Of a stretch of DNA of 22,978 nucleotides, positions 1 through 9,310 are shown piece by piece. The stretch spans positions 104,560,828-104,583,805 of the forward strand of contig NC_057718.1 in NCBI RefSeq assembly GCF_004010195.1, in the 5' to 3' direction. Position 1 is the first letter of the stretch; the number at the start of each line of letters is the position of its first letter. The DNA comes from Chiloscyllium plagiosum (Eukaryota). Under the pieces are notes generated by a model. That model did not search any database, had not been told where the DNA came from, and was given only the letters and a program-made list of their open reading frames with translations. Position numbers and translations under genes: made by a program.

Positions 1-32
1 TGCCTGGATGTGGTCTATATGCAGACAATCGG
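1..32 (+). CDS. AGA-like (glycosylasparaginase / type-2 asparaginase, Ntn-hydrolase) gene, internal exon truncated by the window start; encodes (x)PGCGLYADNR
   Basis: Frame from nt 3 reads CCT GGA TGT GGT CTA TAT GCA GAC AAT CGG. This matches the asparaginase_2 family motif (DSP)xPGxGxYAD (human AGA IPGAGAYADDT). It is followed by GCAAGT, a GC-type donor, and joins in frame to 1280. Confidence 0.85.
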
Positions 33-177
33 GCAAGTACCTTCCATGATTTGAATGTGCCAAGTGAGAAAAGTCTTTTCATTTATGTTAATGTTGATAA
101 GTTGACAATGTCATCCTAACTGAATTTGAAAGCAACAGTGCCATAATCCTTTTCTGATGCAGTGTTGCCAAATGCTA

Positions 178-358
178 TCAAAACAGAAAATGCTGGATAC
201 ACTGAGCAGTTCAGGCAACATCTTGGGGAGAAAAACCAAGTTGAGACTTCAGGACTCTGACCTTCTGTAACCACACACGTTACTAAACCTGCACAGCCTT
301 CCCAGCACTTGGTATTTCTTTACTGATTTCCAGTGTCCACGGTATTTGGCTTTTTGTT
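178..358. mobile_element. Old short hairpin-type repeat (Penelope-terminus or MITE-like family)
   Basis: AAACAGAAAATGCTGGA..CAGCAG.TCAGGCA.CATC..GGAGA arm with a degenerate inverted arm. Related partial copies at about 6061-6135, 19585-19680 and 21560-21680. Confidence 0.5.
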
Positions 359-462
359 CTCATGATCTAGCATCATAGTATTCAAACAGGTACCTGGTCA
401 CACTTCCCAAATCAATAGATTAAAACCAAGCCAGCATAAATTTGATACAGTTGTATTGACCT

Positions 463-950
463 TTTTTTTTAAGACTCGTTCATAGGATGTGGGCATTGTT
501 GGTAAGACTAGTATTGTTTGTCCATCTCCAATGTTGATCTGCTGCCTGAAGCACTGTAGTCTAAGTGGTGTCAGTGCAGCTGCACCATCAAATGGAGGGA
601 GTTACAGGAATTTGACCCATCAAAACTGGTGATATATTACTTTTACATGTCCAACTGAACAAGGTGTGCCATTATACTAGACAGTGCCTAGGTTATTACT
701 GCATGCTTTGTCCAGCTAATCCATTTGACTTGTCCAGAGCAATTTTTGATGCAGCCATTCAGAGCAGTTAAGTCAACATAGTTGCTGTGGGTCTAGAGTC
801 ACATATTGACAAGACTGGGTAAAGAAAGCAGGTTTCCCTCCTGAGAAGAACTTAGAGGCTTCATGACCGTCTCTTTAATCCCAAGTGTTTGGTTGAAAGT
901 AAATTTCTCTGACTCCTCGTGGTGTGATTTGACCTTGCATGTCCAGACCG
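463..950 (-). mobile_element. Degraded CR1/L2-type LINE 3' end and tail-sharing SINE fragments
   Basis: Starts with poly-T then CGTTCATAGGATGTGGGCATTG, the reverse of a ...CCCACATCCCATGAATGAAT-type tail. Similar to copies at 18250, 18855 and 21735. Confidence 0.5.
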
Positions 951-1279
951 CTAATCGGGGCCTGTAACAATATCATATGGTTCATTCCCTTGGGCAATTA
1001 AGGCTCTCTGTGAGAGATGACAAGTTGGACATTTTATGAGCATCCTTTAGTGACTATTAACATGACGTTTGCAGAGCAAGCCTTAATCTAGAACGACAGT
1101 ACTCGCTTCCCATTTTGACTGGGGAAAAACTGGTTGAAGGATCATAAATAGAATCAAAATTAAATTGGGAACCTATAAATTACAAAATTTCTGAAATGAT
1201 TGTTTTCTTTTCCTGGTTTGCTTTTATTTTTAAGATAATTGAACCACAATCAGCCTGTGACAACTGTTACTGTCTCTAG

Positions 1280-1295
1280 GCAGGAGCTGCTGCAG
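1280..1295 (+). CDS. AGA-like gene, 16-nt microexon (AGAAA plus the first base of the next Ala)
   Basis: ctgtctctag|GCAGGAGCTGCTGCAG|gtacgt. It supplies exactly the residues missing between YADNR and ATGDGD (human AGA YADDT-AGAAAA-TGNGD). Phases 0 and 1 match both neighbouring exons. Confidence 0.85.
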
Positions 1296-1622
1296 GTACG
1301 TGCTCGAAAATAAGTGGCATGCTTCATCTTTGGTCATTGACAATGCATCAAAAATCATCCCTTTTAAGCAATACTTAGATAAACATAGAAAACATTCACA
1401 ATACAATGTATAATAGACAAGAATAAACTGCTGACTTTGGGGCAGCAGAAAGAAGCTGTTATCTTATAGAAAAAATTGAAATGGTTAAGTTTTTCTTAAT
1501 AACAAAACACTAACATGCAACAGGTTTGTGTTACAAGAGAGAAAATGTAATTATGCAATGTAGGCTGCTGTCGTTCACATTAGCTTCTTGATTGGTCAAG
1601 AGAGTTATACAGTTCCACTGTT

Positions 1623-1881
1623 CTAACTAATAAAATCAATGATGGTGACCACAAAACTAACAAGTCGTCATAAAACCCACTTGGTTCACTCATGTCTATT
1701 ATAGAAGGAAATCTCTTGTCCTTACTTGGTCTGGCCTACATGTAAAGCGAGACCCACAGCAATGTGGTCAAATATCCTCACAAGATACACAGCTCAAGGG
1801 CAATTAGGGATAGGCAACCAAAGTTGGTCTCGGCAGTGATGCGTACATCTCATGGAAGAATAAAGTTGCAAAACCTGAGCA
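1623..1881 (+). mobile_element. SINE/LINE 3'-tail repeat; left arm of an intronic inverted repeat
   Basis: GGTTCACTCATGTC..GGAAATCT..GGTCTGGCCTACATGT..GACCCACAGCAATGTGG..GGGCAATTAGGGAT; same family as 18855-19115 and 21735-21920. Confidence 0.7.
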
Positions 1882-2187
1882 GACACCTCGTTAATGGTTT
1901 ATATTTTAGTTTGGCTTTATTATACTGTAATATTTAATTAAGTGGTTGAATATGTAGCACTTGATAGAAGAAATATTTGTTGGTAGTTTTGATAATTATG
2001 CAGCTATCCTTCCTTAAAATCTGTGTTTCATCCTTGGGAATATTATTATTTAGGATAAGGAATGTCTGTCTTCCAGTTGTTTAAGAGTAATTCAGATCTC
2101 CAAAACCATTTGCACAGAAACAGTCTCGGCATGGAAAGATTTTAAAGCAGATGTGGTGGTCTTCATGTTCATTTTAATTTCAGTGAT

Positions 2188-2480
2188 TGCTCAGGTTTTT
2201 GCGAGGCCAACTTTGGTTGCTGATCCCCAATTGCCCTTGAGCTGTGTATCTTGCAAGGATATTTGACCACATTGCCGTGGGTCTCGATTTACATGTCAGC
2301 CAGACCAAGTAAGGACAAGAGATTTCTTTCCCTAAAGGACATGAGTGAACCAAGTGGATTTTATGACTATTTATGTTCGTGTTGTGGTCATCATCACTGA
2401 TCTTATTAGTTAGTTTCAACTTCCACTGGGTCTCTTGGTAGGATTTAAACCTGCACTTCTAGTGGAATAGCCTGGATTAC
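2188..2480 (-). mobile_element. Same repeat family in reverse orientation; right arm of the inverted repeat
   Basis: The reverse complement of 2205-2367 aligns without gaps to 1667-1829 with about 16 mismatches in 163 nt. Confidence 0.7.
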
Positions 2481-2569
2481 CAATTATGACTAAACGACTA
2501 TCTCCTCATTTGATACTGATTCTGGCAGAAGTCCTTCATCATTCCTAAATTATTTTTCTCACTGCTGTC

Positions 2570-2700
2570 GGCTGCTGTCGTTCACATTAGCTTCTTGATT
2601 GGTAAAGAGAGTTATACAGTTCCACTGTTCTAACTAATAAAATCAATGATGGTGACCACAAAACTAACAAGTCGTCATAAAACCCACTTGGTTCACTCAT
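2570..2700 (+). repeat. 131-bp near-perfect direct copy of 1563-1693
   Basis: One mismatch (ggtCaag vs ggtAaag) in 131 nt. Confidence 0.95.
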
Positions 2701-2959
2701 TACAATTTTCCCATAGTCAACATCTTTGCAAGAAACATCCCAAGAAATTTGCTTCCAGTCTGTTTGTGTCACTCTGTAATTGGCTCAGTGGTATGAGAGT
2801 TTTGGAGTAAAGGATGGCCCTTCACTTTTCTGTCTCTGCATATTACAAAATGCTTGACTTCTATTTGATACTTTCCATGGTGACATTGTTTAAAAAAAAG
2901 TATTCATCCTTTTACTATTGTCCCCCTCCATATCCACAATCCTTTACATCCAGTGCATT

Positions 2960-3215
2960 AGCTTTGAATCACAGTCACTATTATGATGTGGTCAAAATCA
3001 GCAACCAGTTTAAACCGAGCAAGTTCGCCCAAACGCAAAGGAGGTGAATGACCTTTTAAACTGACTGTATTATTGATTGAGCACAAAAGAACTGTTCATT
3101 AGACACAAGTTATTTCCTACCTGCTTGCACATTGCAGCAGAGCTTTGCGTTAACATCTTACCCAAAAGAGAGTAACTTTGACAGTGCAGGTCTCCCTCAG
3201 TCCTGCACTGAACCC
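2960..3215 (-). mobile_element. Degraded Deu-domain SINE (SacSINE/AmnSINE-like)
   Basis: GTCACT..TGATGT....CAGCAAG..CCAAAC...GACAGTGCAG..CTCCCTCAGT.CTGCACTG resembles the recalled antisense DeuSINE consensus. A smaller remnant lies at about 10120-10215. Confidence 0.55.
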
Positions 3216-3498
3216 GAAACCTACTTTTTCTTCACATGATGATAGGGAGCACAGGGTCTTTTGTCTTGGCTAATGCTAGCCTCCTTTGGCATTATCTCCT
3301 GAAGGAAATGTTTTGCTCCAATTGGTAATAAATAAAAACAAATAGCAGGTTCAGGGTATCCATCATGTTACTTCATCCATTGCCTCATCTTTCAATTGCA
3401 ATGTGATCATGTGGATATGTTAAAAATTCAATTTCAAATTGATAGACATAATATTCAAATGTCTTTCAACAATATTTCTTTTTTTCTTTAAATTGGAG

Positions 3499-3566
3499 CC
3501 ACTGGTGATGGAGATAAAATCATGTGTTTCTGCCCAAGTTTCCATGTTGTTCAACTGATGAAGCAG
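3499..3566 (+). CDS. AGA-like gene exon: (A)TGDGDKIMCFCPSFHVVQLMKQ
   Basis: Long pyrimidine tract, then ttggag|CCACTGGT...AAGCAG|gtattg; 68 nt, phase 1 to 0. Aligns to human AGA [23 protein letters not shown]. Confidence 0.9.
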
Positions 3567-3744
3567 GTATTGTGTTCAGACATATATTTGAAAGTTTGAT
3601 TTGAGTGCGGTTTCATTGAATGATTGGCAGGAAAAGAAGTGAGTCACTTAATTGCGCAGTCTGAAGGATGTCACAATCTTCAGGAAAGCCAGCATAACAT
3701 CTGTTCACCATAAGAAACTTTGGGCTGAATATTACCCCCAACTC

Positions 3745-4064
3745 GGTGACTCGGTGGTTAGCATCATTGCCTCACAGCGCCAGGGACCCAGGTTCGATTC
3801 CAGCCTCAGGTGACTGCCTGTGTGGAGTTTGCACATTCTCCCCGTGTCTGCGTTGGTTTCCTTCGGGTGCTCCGGTTTCCTCCCACAGTCCAAAGATGTG
3901 CCGGTCAGGTGAATTTGCCATGCTAAATTGCCCGTAGTGTTAGGTGAAGGGGTAAACGTAGGGGAATGGATCTGGGTGGGTTGCTGTTCGGAGGGTCAGT
4001 GTGGATTTGTTGGGCCAAACGCCTGTTTCCACACTGTAATTAATCTAATCTAATCTGATTTAAT
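3745..4064 (+). mobile_element. HE1-type (V-SINE) tRNA-derived shark SINE
   Basis: A-box/B-box head (GGTGGTTAGC...GGTTCGATTCC), V-domain TGTGTGGAGTTTGCACATTCTCCCCGTGTCTGCG, (AATCT)n tail; flanked by CAACTC at 3739-3744 and 4065-4070. Confidence 0.9.
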
Positions 4065-4135
4065 CAACTCCATCCTCAAGAGGAAGGAAGAGAGGTGGGG
4101 AATGGAGGTAGGGAGGGATAGTTGGTATCAGAATC

Positions 4136-4289
4136 AGGGGAGAAAGTGAGGACTGCAGACGCTGGAGATCAGAGTCGAGAGTGTGGTGCTGGGGAATAGT
4201 GTGGTGCTGGGGAATCACAGCAGGTCAGGCAACATCGGAGGAGCAGGAGAATTGACGTTTCGCACATAAACCCTTCATCAGCCCTTCAC
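4136..4289 (-). mobile_element. Short Penelope-terminus-derived element with a degenerate hammerhead core
   Basis: Same family as the copies at 8994, 14090 and 15202. 13-bp TSD TGGTATCAGAATC (4123-4135, 4290-4302); internal 18-bp tandem duplication AGTGTGGTGCTGGGGAAT. Confidence 0.75.
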
Positions 4290-5029
4290 TGGTATCAGAA
4301 TCGGACAACCAGTCTGCTAACTGTGATGTACAAAGGCTGTATATAAGGCATCTCATTGTGTTATGGGTGTTCTGCCAAATACTGGCAGCAGATATGACCC
4401 CCTGGTTCGAGAGGATCATCACGTCAGTGGAGTTGGTGTCACAGAGGCAACGCGAGTGTTAGCTGGAATGGGCGAGAGCAGGGACAGAGGAGTGTAACGT
4501 TCTTCAAAGCACCAAGGAGTAGTGGGTAGGAATAACAGCCCCCACACCCTGTGTTTTTCTCAGAGAGGTTTGCCCTTCAGTACTCGATCCTGGAATTTAA
4601 AACAGAAGAAAACTTCTCCTACTTTCCGCAGTCTACCGCCATAACATTGAAGTAGAGGTTCTACAGGCAGTCTGCACACCCCAGGATCATGCACGACTGA
4701 GGTCTGCTGTCCAACCCTGAGGCAGTTAAATTCTGAAGTTTTGCTCGTGTGTTCTGGTGCTTAATGTTAACTGTTCATATAATTTTGTTTTGTGTGTTTC
4801 TCCAAGTGAACATTTTTGTCCAAGCCTGGTGCTCATTTTTACTGAGCATATCATGTATTCTTTGTGTTTAATATTTTGCTGACCCAGTCATAAATTTTAA
4901 TGTGTGAAATATTATCAAACAGTTAATGTTTTGCATGATTTGTTTATTTGAAACCTTCAGCATTATTGTTTTCAGGAATTTTTAACAACATTACACAATG
5001 TGGCTATGAATGTTTATCTATCTTTTCAG

Positions 5030-5134
5030 GGCCTTTCTCCTGGAGATGCTTGTCAGTCTGTGATTCAGGACATTTGTCACAGAGTAGGGAACAAAGACAT
5101 CTTTGAAATTGGGCTCATTGCATTGAATATGAAG
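5030..5134 (+). CDS. AGA-like gene exon: GLSPGDACQSVIQDICHRVGNKDIFEIGLIALNMK
   Basis: tcttttcag|GGC...AAG|gtaccc; 105 nt, phase 0/0; lies within ORF 5000..5203. Aligns to AGA GEDPTIACQKVISRI and the family GxIAln motif. Confidence 0.9.
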
Positions 5135-5519
5135 GTACCCCCTATTACTGCTTCACATTTGAGAGTTTGCACAAGTTATTTTCAAGGAAGGCTCACGAGT
5201 TAACAAATGGAGTGAGAGTTCAGGCTGAGCTCTGCCCCCCAGGATGGTTCAAGTGATTAGAGCATACTTAGCTCACCTCTCTGAGCTCAACAGAGAGTCG
5301 AGATCAAACCTAGAAACTTGTCTTTCTGGGTTCAATCAGATCAATAGAAGCACGTTGACCGCAAGCAATGGGTGGTGCTTCCAAAGGATTGAATGTTAAC
5401 CTCTAGAAAATTAGAATATTAATATTCAATGTGTTATGAGTTAGATTTAAACAACAGCATAGATTTCAAATGAGCTTATGATCATTACTTATCTGCCTGT
5501 CAGACAACTCCCTTTTAGA

Positions 5520-8325
5520 TCTTGCTGAGGAAAGAGACATGCTGCAGAGGTGTTTGGTCATGTACTTATCAGGACAGAAGCAAGAATACCCCACTTCAAA
5601 GGGAACAACAATATACCCTTAATGAGGAAAGGGGTGTGGTGGTGGCTGATTTGTTGACGAGTTGGCTGTGCTTGGTCATGATGTTGCTGTGGCAAATATA
5701 CTCAGGAGCCATTGTTACCTGTGATCTGCTTTATTCAGGAAAGGTGCAGTGTCCAGGCAAATTCCTTTTTCCCTGCATCTGAAAAACTTAATCTCCAACA
5801 AGCATTAATGAGTGACCTTGAGGGACACTCCAAGGAGTGTCTTGCACAAGGTTTTAAGTTGGTTATTGATATGACAACATCTCTGGCAGCAATGCTGATT
5901 TAACTGAGAACAGGAAAAAAGACCATACCAGGAGGGCTAAAAAGGCCTCATTCAGCAAGCAACAGATGACCCACATTTGACTGAGAGCTAGAACTAGAAG
6001 CTGTTCTGGCCAGTGGCCAAGGACACTTCGGTCACTTTGTGTTACATTGAAAGCCACCCTAATGTTAACTCTGCTTTCTCGCCACAGATCTGCCAGATAT
6101 TCTGAGTTGTTTCCAGCAATTTACGTTTTTGTTTGAGTTTCTCTCAGCCTCTCTTTCTTTTTGGCCCATCATTGCTTTGCACAAGTGTTCTTCTCCCTGC
6201 CATGCATTTTAGACTTTCTTACATTTGGATTTGTTGGCCTGGGGTTAACTTTAGCTGGCTCGCCCTGGGATATTAAGAATTCTGTGATTCTTCCCGCCAG
6301 CCCTAATCTCAGCATTCCAACCTTGGCATCACCTTTTTCTGTAAAAGGTCTTCAGCCTGGGTTTGTTGATGATCTGTTTCAGGGTGTTTTGAGAATTGGC
6401 TGGAGGGCCAATAATCCTTTTGATTCTTGAGTGACCACCTCGTGAGCCTCACTGTCATCCTGGGGTACAGCCTCCAAGCTATCTTCGCTAGCCTCGTTGT
6501 ATAGAGGCAGCTGTACAGTCATGCAGGAGTTCCATTCTGTCCTGCATTTGTCAGAAATTTGCTCTGGTGTTTTTGTAGTTAGGACGCCACAGATTTCTTT
6601 GTTACTTCTTTGACTTGTCAGTTTCCAAATGTTGTATGTCTATGGCACCCATGTTGGTCAAGGTCAATTTTAGTTGTAAACATCAACTCTCACATGGAAC
6701 GATCGAAGGGCATGACATGTTTTGCTGGTCATCTTCCATTACATTTAATGCAATGACATTATCACATGATCGTCCTTGCTTTTATTGCATTTGGACTACC
6801 GAGTTCCGGTATTCTTAATTTCATTTTTTTTTAAAATTAAGTGGACACAAAAAGTGCCTATAGTTGGAAGGAGTGAATTAGAGCCTGTGCAAAATAATTC
6901 TTAAATGGAGTAATGTATCACGACTTCTTACACAGTGGTACAGTCATAGGACAGCTCAAGTAGTGCTCAAGATGTCTCATTGCTGACAGTGATGTTACCT
7001 GCCTCAGTCACATTAATTTGTAAATTAATGTATGTAAATACCATTACAGAAGGTGAGCATCTCTGCTTCATTGGGTGGGCCATCTCTACATCCACTTTCA
7101 TAAACGACATGTCAACATCTACCCTGAAATTAGATCCTCTCTCTCCTGAAATTAGATCCCTGACACCTGGATCCACGTCATTGTCAGAAATGACATGCAG
7201 TGTTTTGGGTCTGTCTTGTGTGTCTCTGTCTACATGGAGTTGGATTTCTTGTCAGCACTGGTGATCTTGCTGGACCTAACATGACACCGGCACGTGGCAT
7301 TTTGCAGATCGTTACCATTAATGTACCTCGGGGAGATGTATTCTCCGGATGCTTCCCATTCAGGCTAAAGTGGGTGATTAAAGCCCTCCATTTTACAAGT
7401 CTTTCTCAATTGATACCACTGCATAGTATCTCGATCCATGCAGGTCAAATGGCCATTTTTCTCTTCCGGTTGTTTAGCCAGCCAGCATCAAAAGGTACTG
7501 CTGTTCCCAAAAGGCCAGTGGCAATGTGATTGACAAGAATGTATGAAAACTACCACAAAGGGAACCAACCAGGCAGGTCTCCCATTGGAGACCCATTCAG
7601 GAGAGTCACAAGTACTCCCACATTGTAACATGCTTGATAAATACATTCTCAATCAATTTGAGAGTAACTCTTAGAATGCTTGGGATTCCTCCACAAGAAT
7701 TATCCAATCACAGAATTTGATTTAAGATTAGACATTATGTTGTATGTTTTGCAAGCTGGGTTTGTTTGAGTACAGACAAGTCCCATGTTGTCGCTGTGTT
7801 GTAGTAGGGATGAAGTAGGACCTGCTGTCTGCAAACACAAGGAAATTGTCCAGAAATTGCATGTTCATTGAACAAACTAAAGCATCAGCAACAATGGCTC
7901 CCTGATACTTTGACTGTGGCAATGTCTTGACCAATCATATCCAATTTGCTGACAAATCAAACATTATTTCTCATGAAGTAGAAAGTTTTGTTCCCTTGAA
8001 ATTTAGCATTTTTGTGATTCTGTCTTGATGATGACAAAATAAGTGTCAAAGCATGCCTTTTCTGTTCCAGTGGTGCTCAAGTTGTGTACTGTCAACTGAC
8101 TAATTCTGCTTGAAGTGACATTAACACACTGTTAAAATGTGATCCATCCATTACTGATCATAAATCTTAGAGTGTGGATGAGCAGCATTTTCAATATCCA
8201 GAGAAAATTTCCTATCAACATTGTATGTTATTATTCTATATGGTTGTGTCTGCCAACTCAAGGTTGCACTGGAACTCTAAGTGCAGAATTCGACATAACA
8301 AAGTGTACACATGTACACATCTTTG
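5520..8325. other. Unclassified decayed coding-like relic (old transposon or endogenous viral fragment?) inside the last AGA-like intron
   Basis: Nearly free of the common shark repeats, with long stop-poor frames broken by stops and frameshifts. 5650-5766 (+) and 7840-7956 (-) are 74/117 identical without gaps. Confidence 0.4.
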
Positions 8326-8327
8326 CT

Positions 8328-8515
8328 GTTATTGGACTTCTGAATAGATCTCTCAAATTTTAACTTAATGTTGATCTCATTCTTTGAGCACCTTCTCTGC
8401 AGCCATAACATTGTATTCTTCGCTCTGTTCTATTGCTCATGCACTTTGTATGGTATGATCCACCCATACTGTATGCAAAACCTAGGTACATATGACACAA
8501 ATAATAAATCAAATC
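8328..8515 (+). mobile_element. Non-LTR retrotransposon 3' end (Rex1/L2-like) with (AAATC)n tail
   Basis: CTTCTCTGCAGCC.TAACATTGTATTC...GCACTTTGTATGGTATGATC...TAGGTACATATGACA..AATAAATCAAATC resembles a common shark LINE 3' UTR. Confidence 0.5.
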
Positions 8516-8571
8516 ATAGATGATATTCTACTTTCAAAAGTTGGAAATGCAAAACAAAAAGAGGTGTACTC

Positions 8572-9310
8572 AGAATCACAGAATTGTTCTTGAACAGTTG
8601 GCAACCTTTTGCCCCATCTCATTTGCCCTATTCTCAATAGGAACATTTAGCCAATAGCCACTTCCCCACTTTTTCCTCTTCTTCAGCACATTCTTCCTCT
8701 TCAGATATTCCATTTCCCTCTTGGCACTTTTGAGTAGTGCACTCCAGACCCAAACCACTTGCTGTGTGAAAATGTTTGCTTGTATCGCCATTACTTTGAA
8801 TCTGTGTCCTTTTTGTTCTTGAACTTTCCACCAATGGGATCAATTTCTCCCTATCTATTCTGTCTAGACCCCCTTATAGTTTTGAACACTTCATCAAAGC
8901 TCGTCTCAACCTTCTGTTTTCCAAAGAAAACAGTCCTTATCTGTCCAGTCTATCTTTGTAATTAAAGTGCGTTGACTCTGAAACCATTCGAGGTAAAAGT
9001 GAGGAGTGCAGATGCTGGAGATCAGAGTCCAGAATGTGGTACTGGAAAAGCGCAGCAGGTCAGGCAGCATCCGAGGAGCAGGACAGTCGACATTTCGGGC
9101 AAAAGCCCATCTTTCCTGATGAAGGGCTTTTGCCCAAAACGTTGTCTCTCCTGCTTCTCGGATGTTGCCTGACCTGTTGTGCTTTTCCAGCACCACACTC
9201 TTGACTCTAGAACCATATCTTTTCTGTGTTTTCTTTAATGTCATCACACTCTTCCCAAAGTTGGACACCCAGAGCATGATTCTGTATGATTCTGCGTGAT
9301 TCTGTATGTA
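8572..9310 (-). mobile_element. Degraded CR1 LINE 3' fragment, interrupted by a palindromic element
   Basis: Minus-strand translation ANIFTQQVVWVWSAL resembles the CR1 ORF2 C-terminus (FFTQRVVxxWNxL); AGAATCACAGAAT tail at 8572; (ATGATTCTGT)n repeat at 9277-9307. Confidence 0.6.
8994..9208. mobile_element. Palindromic (head-to-head) Penelope-terminus element with hammerhead-like core
   Basis: Arms of about 9024-9108 and 9124-9208 are imperfect reverse complements. CTGATGA-AGGGC-TTTT-GCCC-AAAACGTT lies at 9116-9143. Confidence 0.8.

Noticed and set aside
60..70. GT donor at nt 65 (CAA|GTGAGA) for the first exon
   Set aside because: It would insert about 11 non-homologous residues into a gap-free conserved motif, and it is out of phase with the 1280 acceptor.
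3745..3825. tRNA genes at SINE heads (also 12779 and 20975-21048)
   Set aside because: The A and B boxes belong to tRNA-derived HE1 SINE heads that continue into the V-domain and tail; they are not standalone tRNAs.
5690..5720. Kinase-like TMAPEY on the minus strand
   Set aside because: No HRD, DFG or other kinase motifs nearby; it is the antisense shadow of the SHC frame.
7420..7920. Herpes-tegument-like (peptidase C76/VTD) deubiquitinase relic on the minus strand (VSGSH...LNQIL...LMLAG*TT...FDLHG)
   Set aside because: The resemblance is limited to a few short words, there is no convincing GxQC catalytic motif, and a different frame of the same DNA looks equally protein-like. It cannot be supported without a profile search.
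9277..9307. Short tandem repeats as a CRISPR-like array
   Set aside because: These are simple LINE/SINE tail microsatellites without spacers, in a eukaryotic genome with no cas genes.
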